The position numbers and the translations under genes are program-made. From positions 1 to 56,480 of the IMG/VR virus record IMGVR_UViG_3300022200_000053: a stretch of DNA of 56,480 nt, one strand, 5' to 3'. The DNA is from a virus (taxonomy: Duplodnaviria > Caudoviricetes). Below are positions 44,062 through 51,980 of the stretch, piece after piece; position 1 is the stretch's first letter, and the number at the start of each line of letters is the position of its first letter. A model generated the notes under the pieces. It worked only from the letters and a program-made list of their open reading frames with translations, was not told the origin of the DNA and made no database searches.

Positions 44062-46445
44062 TGGAATTAACACCTGCAGAACGTGTAAAATTAAATGCAG
44101 CAATTGTTAATGCTGCTAGAACCGGTCAACCTTTAGCAGGTGAACTGCAAAGTTTGTATGATCGTGCTGCTAAGTTTGAAGCCGCAAAACAACAACAATT
44201 AGCACGGCAAGCTATACAGTTATCTGCTGAAAGAGCAAGTCAAATCGCTGCAGAAAACTATGCAAATAGAGGGCCTGCTGGATTATTAAATCCAGGTTTT
44301 CCAACGCGGAATACACCTATTGCATCTCCGGATTATTCAATACCTGGTCAAATTCACATTAAAACAATATATCCACAAGGACCAACTAGTGATCTACCTG
44401 TTACCAATTTTGAAGAACTATATCCTAAACGTGTTCCTGTACTTAATCTAGAAGATAAAGATTACGCTCCAACTGCTTCACCATTTGGAAAAGAGTTTGA
44501 TTTTACAGAAGAACCTGTCGATATTAGAAACACAGAAACTGTTAATGAACGGGCTCAAAGATTTTTAGATCAATACTTCCCAGGGCAAAAACCAGGGCAG
44601 GCTCAAGTAATCAATCCACAAACGCGTCAACCTTATGGAAATGAATTAATCTTGCATGACGCCATGCATGATTTTGCTAATGTTGGTAATACATTACGTG
44701 GAGAAGAATTAATCACAATTGCAGAAAATGTTGGTGCAACTCCACTTGGAACAGATCGTATTGGCCTTAAAGGACTGACACAACAACTTGATTATCTTGA
44801 TGATTTAAATCCTGCTCAAGCTTACGATATTGGATTAGATCTTGCACGTCAAAACGCAAGAATGGGTGGTCGAACCCTTGTTCAACAACGTGGCGCTGCA
44901 AGAGGAAGTTCATTATTCCGCGATCAAAATAGAGTTGAATCTTTCTTAAGCCCTCCAATTAGCACAGAAGAATTCAACACCATGGCCCAAAGGGGTCAAG
45001 AGTTTTACGATCAAGTTAATCAAAACTGGAATGCGTTTAAACGTGGAGGTTCTGTTGAGTGGGATGATGCACGCACACGAGAAGCATTTGCTAAACGTAA
45101 TCAAGCCCTTGATGAATTTATGGGCAATGATCCTACAAAAAACTATGGCCCTCCTCGTGTAACCACGCAAAGGATTGCTGGTGGATACAACAAGGGTGGC
45201 ATTCCTTATGGAAATCCACTGTCTTTAATGAATGCACCCTTAGTTCCCACTGTAGATCAAAATCTTTACTTCCAAGAATTACAAAATAAAATCAATCAAG
45301 CAACTCCTACTCTTAGAACTGCTATTGAAAAAGAAGAACAATTCTTTAATACACCTGAGCAAACTGCCTTAAGAGAAGCGCCAAAACAATGGGAGCTTAA
45401 AGCAGATGCTTTAAACGAGATGAGCCAAGGCTATGTTTTACCTGAAACAATTAATAGTCTTAAAAGCCAGGGGATTGATGTAGAGTCTCCTGGATTTGAA
45501 AGGGATTTGCGTGTATACCAAGCTTTGTTGGGAGATAAAGCCATTGGTGGTCGCACGGTTCGTAATGTTTTGGAAGATACTATTGGGCCTAAACCACAAA
45601 GGCCCTATGCGCGTGATATTGCTCCTGTCGCTTCAGCTGTAAGCGATGTAGGAAATACGTTTTATACTAAATCAATTTACAATGATCCAAACTTTTTCCA
45701 AGACCTAAAAGAAGATGTAAATCTTAAATCAGCTCTTACTGAAGCATTTACTACCGCACGTGGTGCTCAACCTGGAGCAAGTGGAATTAGTGCTGCTGCT
45801 CCAGTGGACTTTACCGGTGGAGAAAGAATATATTTAAACCCTCCAAACCTAGGGTCTGAAGCTAATTTAAATCCTATTAATTTTACTACTAATGTATTTA
45901 AGGGTGCTGGTATAGATCCAAAAGATGCGTTGCTTGAAGCTGCCGCTAAAGCAAAGCAAATTGAGGGATACAATAAAGCTTTACCAAACATTAAGCAAGC
46001 AATACGAACCGGTTTTAACACAACAACAGACCTTGCTGGTTCTGTTCCGTTGTTTGATCCAGAATTTAGGCAGGCAGTTGAAACGGGTGACGTACGTAAA
46101 GCAGCTACTCAAGTTGCAAAAGAATATGCAATTGGCGCAGCTACTGCTCCACTAGTTGGTGCTGGCGCTGGCCTGGCTCAACGTTTGGCTCCACAAACGG
46201 CTGCTGCTGTTATCCCTGCAGCCGCAACTACTTTGCGCATTGCTAACCCAATTGCCGTAACGTCTCAATTAGGTGGCTCATCTAAAATAAACGCCGCAGC
46301 AGATAAGAAAGCAATTGAAGCTCAATTTAGGCGGGCAGAAGCCGCACGCAAACGAGGTGGTAAATGGAAGTTCCCAACTCCCTTTGGTACTTTTACTGTT
46401 CCAGAATTAGGTATTTCTGAAGCAGGTGGTTTATTCTTTCGTTAA
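44061..46445 (+). CDS. Large hypothetical protein
   Basis: 794 aa; HDAMH..E metal-binding-like motif and an Ala-rich hydrophobic C-terminus. Confidence 0.7.
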   Translation: MELTPAERVKLNAAIVNAARTGQPLAGELQSLYDRAAKFEAAKQQQLARQAIQLSAERASQIAAENYANRGPAGLLNPGFPTRNTPIASPDYSIPGQIHIKTIYPQGPTSDLPVTNFEELYPKRVPVLNLEDKDYAPTASPFGKEFDFTEEPVDIRNTETVNERAQRFLDQYFPGQKPGQAQVINPQTRQPYGNELILHDAMHDFANVGNTLRGEELITIAENVGATPLGTDRIGLKGLTQQLDYLDDLNPAQAYDIGLDLARQNARMGGRTLVQQRGAARGSSLFRDQNRVESFLSPPISTEEFNTMAQRGQEFYDQVNQNWNAFKRGGSVEWDDARTREAFAKRNQALDEFMGNDPTKNYGPPRVTTQRIAGGYNKGGIPYGNPLSLMNAPLVPTVDQNLYFQELQNKINQATPTLRTAIEKEEQFFNTPEQTALREAPKQWELKADALNEMSQGYVLPETINSLKSQGIDVESPGFERDLRVYQALLGDKAIGGRTVRNVLEDTIGPKPQRPYARDIAPVASAVSDVGNTFYTKSIYNDPNFFQDLKEDVNLKSALTEAFTTARGAQPGASGISAAAPVDFTGGERIYLNPPNLGSEANLNPINFTTNVFKGAGIDPKDALLEAAAKAKQIEGYNKALPNIKQAIRTGFNTTTDLAGSVPLFDPEFRQAVETGDVRKAATQVAKEYAIGAATAPLVGAGAGLAQRLAPQTAAAVIPAAATTLRIANPIAVTSQLGGSSKINAAADKKAIEAQFRRAEAARKRGGKWKFPTPFGTFTVPELGISEAGGLFFR

Positions 46446-46696
46446 CTAACCCAATGCTCAAGCCTGTGGCAGTTGCAGCAGAGCGGGATGCACTTCTCGA
46501 TCTCTGCTTCGACTCTGCTCCAGGAGTACCCATGATTCACCATGGATGAGATGTTATTATCCTTGTCACCTACGTGGTGGAACTCAAGGACGCGGTGATC
46601 ATCCAACCCACACTTCTCGCACTGCAAAGTCTTCTTGTACTCCAGAAGCTTCTGTCGATTTTTATCGATACGTTTTTTGGCATCAGCCCAAGCCAC
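46442..46696 (-). CDS. HNH endonuclease (minimal)
   Basis: CEKCG...LEFHH...EKCIPLCCNCHRLEH. Confidence 0.85.
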   Translation of the reverse strand: MAWADAKKRIDKNRQKLLEYKKTLQCEKCGLDDHRVLEFHHVGDKDNNISSMVNHGYSWSRVEAEIEKCIPLCCNCHRLEHWVS

Positions 46697-46769
46697 GTAT
46701 AGTTTTTATCAGACGTAAATATAATTTATCAGTATTTCCAATAAACGTCATTTATTGAGATTCTCGATA

Positions 46770-46847
46770 GCACCTGGGTAGGATTCGAACCTACATCGTC
46801 CTGCAATCGGCAGTAACCGTCTTATCCAATTAGCGTCGGACCAGGTG
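46770..46847 (-). tRNA. Degenerate tRNA / tRNA-like RNA (anticodon position reads GAT)
   Basis: CACCTGG/CCAGGTG acceptor stem and GTAGG-TTCGAAT-CCTAC T-arm are canonical. The D stem is weak and the anticodon loop (CCGATTG) is non-canonical. Confidence 0.55.
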
Positions 46848-46848
46848 A

Positions 46849-46919
46849 TCGGGATGGAAGGTACTGCCCCTTCTCCTTTGCGTCCCAAACGCAATGTGAT
46901 ACTTTTCTACTACATCCCG
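46849..46919 (-). tRNA. trnP: tRNA-Pro(TGG) with atypical D and T loops
   Basis: CGGGATG/CATCCCG acceptor stem with discriminator A, TTGCG-TTTGGGA-CGCAA anticodon arm, GAAGG-GGCAGTA-CCTTC T-arm. Confidence 0.8.
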
Positions 46920-47094
46920 AGTGACCCCCAGGTTTGTGCGTCATCTGGCGTCCCAGAGCTAAGCATAGGGGGTGTTGTTAAGGGCAAGGATGTCCGCCTA
47001 CGGTAATCTACGATGCGGCTGATGGGATCCTTTGTTTAATGCAACGTTCCTTGTTGCACCCTTGCTGCCCCATCAAAAGAGAGGGGGAACGGAT

Positions 47095-47772
47095 TTATTC
47101 TACACCTTTTTCATTGGGAGTTTGCCAGAAGTAATCGTCGCATTCGCCTAAGCGGCCCCATTTTAACGCTTTCTCGGAGTCAAAATATCGTGTTGAAACC
47201 TTAAAGTCTGGGGTCTTAAGGTCATGGTTGCTTAGTGATGGATCAACCATGCGGCAACGGTTATTGGGATAAGCGCCAATTTGACCGTTGTCCAAAGCCA
47301 CAATGTTATGGGATTTGTGTTCATCAGGAAACTCCGCAAAATAAAAGTCGGGTTCGTTCCGATGTGGATGATAATTGTCAATCGTAAATAGGTATGTGCC
47401 CGTCATTACACCGGCACTGCGTGTCATCACTTGGAACTCCATATTAAAGATCAAGTTCTTTTCAATGACCGTAAGACCATGATCAAACCCATTCCAGAAC
47501 TGCAGGTCGGTCAGCTCCAGGTCTGGTGTTGGACTTTCTGGTTTTTCCGGATGGTTGGGATCCCAGCCAAGGAATGCGCTGATGGGAAGCTTGTCATATA
47601 ACGCACCATACTCAGTTAGGTAAGTTTCAAACTGTAATGCTCTACCTGTTAAGGACTTGCAAGTTACCCAATAACCCAGCGTATATTCACCATGACCATC
47701 ACGTAAGTCACGCAGGTATTCACGACGCACCCAAACCTTGACGGGCGGTACGTTGGCAACAAGAGTAGTCAC
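47095..47772 (-). CDS. Conserved phage hypothetical protein
   Basis: NVPPVKVWVRREYLRDL..GHGE...EHKSHN...PNNR motifs seen in many phage hypothetical proteins. Confidence 0.75.
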   Translation of the reverse strand: MTTLVANVPPVKVWVRREYLRDLRDGHGEYTLGYWVTCKSLTGRALQFETYLTEYGALYDKLPISAFLGWDPNHPEKPESPTPDLELTDLQFWNGFDHGLTVIEKNLIFNMEFQVMTRSAGVMTGTYLFTIDNYHPHRNEPDFYFAEFPDEHKSHNIVALDNGQIGAYPNNRCRMVDPSLSNHDLKTPDFKVSTRYFDSEKALKWGRLGECDDYFWQTPNEKGVE

Positions 47773-47801
47773 AAAAAAATCCCGGTGTACTAAACCGGGA
47801 T
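47773..47801 (-). terminator. Probable Rho-independent terminator
   Basis: Minus strand: ATCCCGGT-TTAGTAC-ACCGGGAT followed by a T run. Confidence 0.7.
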
Positions 47802-47913
47802 CATAGCTTCCTACCTACTCAACTTGTTGCGAAGCACCACGTTCGTAACAGTTAGGGACTGTTCGACTATTAGTCCCAGAGCGGTATTGCTCCGTTTGTC
47901 AGGATATCATAAC

Positions 47914-48114
47914 TTACTTGCTGTCGCGGTAGCGACGTGCAGCCCGTCCAGCTTTCTTTGCTTTTTCAGTGTTTGGTACGAACTGTTTGCCTTCTCGGCT
48001 ACCAGCTCTTTTCTTCTGATCAGTCTCCTCACGTTCTTTTTTAGACAGTGAGGCCCAAGCTTTTTCTGGTAGGTAACGCTTGGTGTATCCTTTTTGAATT
48101 GCGCGGTCTGCCAT
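47914..48114 (-). CDS. DUF5872-like protein, C-terminal half
   Basis: TKRYLPEKAWASLS...KKRAGSREGKQFVPNT. Confidence 0.7.
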   Translation of the reverse strand: MADRAIQKGYTKRYLPEKAWASLSKKEREETDQKKRAGSREGKQFVPNTEKAKKAGRAARRYRDSK

Positions 48115-48116
48115 GG

Positions 48117-49049
48117 TTAACGAATATTGACGGGATAAATAAATGATTTGTCTGGCATTTTCATTACGACTGCACGACCAAAATTGGTAAGTGGATGCGC
48201 GCTAGGTGCAAAAGAAGGGCCTCCGCCAATCCCAGAGAATAAGTATTTTGTCGCCATAGCCGCAGACAAAGCTGTTTCTTGAGAGGGGTTTAATGGTGCA
48301 ATTCCACCAGGGATCTGTTGCATTGGTTCTTTTCTATCTGCAGCACCATAGGAAAAGTCATATTTTTCATTGGCTGTATATCCTTGTTCGTCGGGAGTGA
48401 ACCAGACTCTTCCAAGAGAAGTAGAGGGGGAACTCAATGGATTGCTTCCCGCTGAAGTTGAGTAGGCATCATAGGGGATCTGCCCTGTTCCCATTCTTTT
48501 TATTCTGCTTCTTGTTTCGGCTAATGCATCATTTGCAAACTTCCTAACATTAGGCATATCCATGCCTGAAGCAGAAGGTGAATTTAAAATGGCACTTAAG
48601 TTTCTTTCTTCATCTATAGCAGCTTTAAGTAAATTTTTTTGATAGTCAGGCTTGCTTATAACTTTATTCACTTCACTTGTAAGTTCTTTTGGTATCTCTA
48701 ATCCAGTTGGGCCAAGTCCAGTGTAATATCTTCCAAAGAGATTTACGCTAAAAGGTAAAGCATTTAAACCTTTTGATATACCTTGTTGAACAATAGGAGG
48801 AGAAGAGCGTACTGCTCGCTCAACAAAAGGTTGGGCATTGCTTATGCTACTAGCTGCTGCGTCAATTAAAGATGCCTGCCTGCGTTCTAAATCAGTTGGC
48901 TGTGCTCCTTTTGGGATACCTGATCTTTGAAATGCTGCACCTATAGGTGTTGCTGCGCCACCAGGTAACAAACCACCAAAAACATTTTTGTCGACTTGAC
49001 CGTACGTGCGGCCTACACGATTTAAAAACTTCTGAAATAATTCCATCAC
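48117..49049 (-). CDS. Hypothetical protein lying between the DUF5872-like halves
   Basis: 310-aa ORF that is somewhat more AT-rich. Confidence 0.7.
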   Translation of the reverse strand: MMELFQKFLNRVGRTYGQVDKNVFGGLLPGGAATPIGAAFQRSGIPKGAQPTDLERRQASLIDAAASSISNAQPFVERAVRSSPPIVQQGISKGLNALPFSVNLFGRYYTGLGPTGLEIPKELTSEVNKVISKPDYQKNLLKAAIDEERNLSAILNSPSASGMDMPNVRKFANDALAETRSRIKRMGTGQIPYDAYSTSAGSNPLSSPSTSLGRVWFTPDEQGYTANEKYDFSYGAADRKEPMQQIPGGIAPLNPSQETALSAAMATKYLFSGIGGGPSFAPSAHPLTNFGRAVVMKMPDKSFIYPVNIR

Positions 49050-49327
49050 TTACTCTCCTTATACTTCTTGGCAGCAGACTTAGCTTTCTTTCGTTTTTCG
49101 TACTCGTCTTTTGTCATCCACTTCTCTTTGCCCCACTTTTCTAAAGACTTTTGTTTTTCACCCTTTCCGCCTTTATAGCCACCGCCTGCTTTTTCATACT
49201 CCTGTGCAAGTAGCTGGGCCTTACGTGCGCTCCATTGACCTGGCTTACCGCCCTTGGAGCCGGCCATGATCCTATCTTTGATGCGTTCACGCATCCCAGG
49301 TTTTGTATATTTATTCTCCTGAGACAT
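49046..49327 (-). CDS. DUF5872-like protein, N-terminal half
   Basis: YTKPGMRERIK...GGKPGQWSARKAQLLAQEYEKAGGGY. Confidence 0.75.
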   Translation of the reverse strand: MSQENKYTKPGMRERIKDRIMAGSKGGKPGQWSARKAQLLAQEYEKAGGGYKGGKGEKQKSLEKWGKEKWMTKDEYEKRKKAKSAAKKYKESK

Positions 49328-49449
49328 CAGGATTTTTATTACGCTCTTCTAGTATTCTACGCCACTTACACGGACGCAAGAATACCTGCTCCATTTCCTT
49401 AGGAGTTGGCTCAGGTATTGGTAACGTCGCTAGGTATCTTTCGAGGCGT

Positions 49450-49698
49450 TCAGCCTCGGTAGGGATGCTTCTTCTCGTCATCCTTCTTTGTAAATTGCTG
49501 CATCAAATCATCAACTTGCTCCAGGGATTCGATGCGGATCAAAAGATCAGATAACGTATTCACCGTAAGCGGGTGCTCCGTGCGTGCAGCAAACGCAAGT
49601 GCTTCACGTAGGCATGCTGAGGCTTGATCCAAAGAATCCTTGACTTGCGTAGAAAGAGACATTTCAGAAGTGCGTGGTGCTCTAACTATAGTAAACAT
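49450..49698 (-). CDS. Hypothetical protein
   Basis: Likely start is MSLSTQVKDSL; LREALAFAARTEHP motif. Confidence 0.6.
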   Translation of the reverse strand: MFTIVRAPRTSEMSLSTQVKDSLDQASACLREALAFAARTEHPLTVNTLSDLLIRIESLEQVDDLMQQFTKKDDEKKHPYRG

Positions 49699-49759
49699 AG
49701 CTGTTCTTTGTCACATTACTATTATGCATCAAGAACAACACAATGAAAAGTACGGATAA

Positions 49760-50341
49760 CTAGTACCAGAGCCAGCCAATTTGATACGAGTCAAACCATG
49801 GTTCAATACCAATCGACTCCATCAGTTCGTAAACAAGGCGACCTTTGCCATGTCGGCGTCCATCAGGTGCTTTGATATTGTCATCAACAACAATTAAAGT
49901 ACCAGGATTCAGGAGTTGGTAGGCAGCAAGCAATTCCTTTAGGTGATGCGCGGCTGGTGCCCAGTCATTATTCCAGTCAGTAATGTTGTACGAGTCCAAG
50001 TACAACAAGTCACAAGCACCATAAAAGGTGTCAAGTGCTTCCACGGAATCAGACTCGATTACCTCCGCATGTTTAGTGTTCTTACGTGCCAGGGCGCAGG
50101 CACCTGGGTCAATGTCAATTGAAATCAGCTGACCTTCCCCACGTATGTCAATGTAATTGTCAAATAAAAGAGTTGAGCAACCATCGCCTGTGTAGTTGTT
50201 TTCTTCTCGATACGTCCCGGTTTCAATAATAATTGGTTTATGACACTCGTCTAGATGGTCAAAGATTTTTTGGAAAGTGAGCTCGCGTGCACCAAGGCGT
50301 GGTTTCAGTGGTTCAAAATACTCATTCCAGGTGCGTGTCAT
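49760..50341 (-). CDS. Class I SAM-dependent methyltransferase
   Basis: IIETGT, ISIDID, SDSVEAL, DLLYLDS, IVVDD. Confidence 0.85.
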   Translation of the reverse strand: MTRTWNEYFEPLKPRLGARELTFQKIFDHLDECHKPIIIETGTYREENNYTGDGCSTLLFDNYIDIRGEGQLISIDIDPGACALARKNTKHAEVIESDSVEALDTFYGACDLLYLDSYNITDWNNDWAPAAHHLKELLAAYQLLNPGTLIVVDDNIKAPDGRRHGKGRLVYELMESIGIEPWFDSYQIGWLWY

Positions 50342-50343
50342 AA

Positions 50344-50505
50344 CTAAAGATCAATTCGAGTGTACGGGATATCCTTGGATTGTAGCTCTTTTTCGTACGC
50401 ATCAGCTTCAATGGTTTCAACATCCTCGAAAGCAAGGTTGTTCAGACAGCCAGTTCTGCAGTCCTCATCAAAGTCAAAATAAAAACGCGTAAGGTTGGAG
50501 CCCAT
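50344..50505 (-). CDS. Small acidic protein (53 aa, not in ORF track)
   Basis: MGSNLTRFYFDFDEDCRTG... Confidence 0.5.
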   Translation of the reverse strand: MGSNLTRFYFDFDEDCRTGCLNNLAFEDVETIEADAYEKELQSKDIPYTRIDL

Positions 50506-50663
50506 GGTTACTGGCGAGAAAGGACTTCGGTAAAAAAGAGGTATGCATCCATGCTGATCACCACGAGCATAGCCCCCAGGATCGACGCAATTGCGTAGTT
50601 AAAGTTGTCCACTGCACTCTGGTTCTTTTCATGCTAAGTTAGCAGCAATATACAAAACCATCA

Positions 50664-51518
50664 ATGGTTGCTAAAATTGAAAACAGCGATCCCTGGTCGC
50701 TGAAATATCAAGAGCAACCAGAGCTAATGCGGGAGCTAAACAGCCGTCCCGCCCGAATTACAATCAACGGTAAGAGACATTATCATACCCCATTTGTAAC
50801 AGGGCCGGCGCCCAGTGTGACGACAATCCTATCAGAAACTGCTTCCGAAGCAAACAAACGGAAGCTTGAAATGTGGTCCAAGGCTAATCCGGGTGTTAAA
50901 GAACAAGCTGCTGAGAGGGGTACGGCAATCCACTATGGTATGGAATGCTACCTAAAAGGAGATAAAAACCCTGAAATCCCAGAGGAGTACGCAGAGTTTT
51001 GGTCTGGGATGCCACAGATTCTGGATCAATTTGAAGAAGTGTTATGGGCTGAGACTCCTCTTTTGGATAAACATCAGTTTGCTCTGTCAAACGATGGGGT
51101 TGGTCGAGTATGGGGCCAGGATGAAGAAGGGAGGGCTTGGTCAGGAAGTCCTGACATTATTGGTGTAGTAGGCGGCAAGTTGACATTGGCCGACCTTAAG
51201 ACCAGTGTCAAACCATACAGTCGTAAATGGCCAAAAGATCTTGAAAAAGGGTCCCAGGAATGGCGAGACCTTCTTGGTGGTCACCTGAAGTTCAAGAAAT
51301 GCCTAAAACAGTTAGCTGCTTATGACTTAGGTATTACCCAAACATTGGGAATGAAGGTGCAGCAGGCGGCAGTGCTGGTATCAACTCCTCTGCGGACCCA
51401 GGTCTTCAAGATCGGTCGTCGTTACTTGGATATGTTGCACGAAGATTGGTATAAACTTGTCGAAGAATACTATACGCAAATTGAAAATTGCGGTGTCTAT
51501 GACGCTGATCTGATCTGA
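50664..51518 (+). CDS. PD-(D/E)XK exonuclease (Cas4/RecB-like)
   Basis: PSVTTIL, RGTAIH, E...GSPD...ADLKTS...QLAAY. Confidence 0.9.
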   Translation: MVAKIENSDPWSLKYQEQPELMRELNSRPARITINGKRHYHTPFVTGPAPSVTTILSETASEANKRKLEMWSKANPGVKEQAAERGTAIHYGMECYLKGDKNPEIPEEYAEFWSGMPQILDQFEEVLWAETPLLDKHQFALSNDGVGRVWGQDEEGRAWSGSPDIIGVVGGKLTLADLKTSVKPYSRKWPKDLEKGSQEWRDLLGGHLKFKKCLKQLAAYDLGITQTLGMKVQQAAVLVSTPLRTQVFKIGRRYLDMLHEDWYKLVEEYYTQIENCGVYDADLI

Positions 51519-51538
51519 GGACGTGCTCTGATAAGATC

Positions 51539-51721
51539 ATGGCTTACAACCCTCAAGCTCCCATGGAATGCCGTAAGCGCCTGGCCTGGACTATTGCCTG
51601 CGAGCGTGCTGTTGTAACAAAAGAAGATGCTGTTGAGTTGTACAACAAACTGATGAAAGAATTTATGGCAATTGATAAAAGGGCTAAATATAAAGAACAT
51701 GAGTCCAATAAGACTCAGTGA
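51539..51721 (+). CDS. Hypothetical protein
   Basis: 60 aa. Confidence 0.55.
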   Translation: MAYNPQAPMECRKRLAWTIACERAVVTKEDAVELYNKLMKEFMAIDKRAKYKEHESNKTQ

Positions 51722-51980
51722 TTTAACGCAATCTTGGGAAGACAGCCAGATAACCGGCCGTAGGATAAGAAGACACACAACTGAGCCTTCCATGGACATC
51801 CACGTAATCTGCGTGGGTGAGTGGATCAATACTCTCCTGAACCGCATGAATACTGCGGTGGACGGGGATTGTTTTGTCCTGCCCACCCTTATGCATCTCC
51901 ATGCCTACAACATCCTAAAGGAAAGCTCATTCCCAGAGAAAAACCTTAAAGTAGAAGTTCTGCAGCAAACGGAAGTATGA
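51672..51980 (+). CDS. Hypothetical protein
   Basis: Likely start is MDIHVIC. Confidence 0.5.
   Translation: MIKGLNIKNMSPIRLSDLTQSWEDSQITGRRIRRHTTEPSMDIHVICVGEWINTLLNRMNTAVDGDCFVLPTLMHLHAYNILKESSFPEKNLKVEVLQQTEV

Noticed and set aside
50664-51518. cas4 of a CRISPR system
   Set aside because: It is a stand-alone phage PD-(D/E)XK exonuclease without the Fe-S cysteines or any cas context
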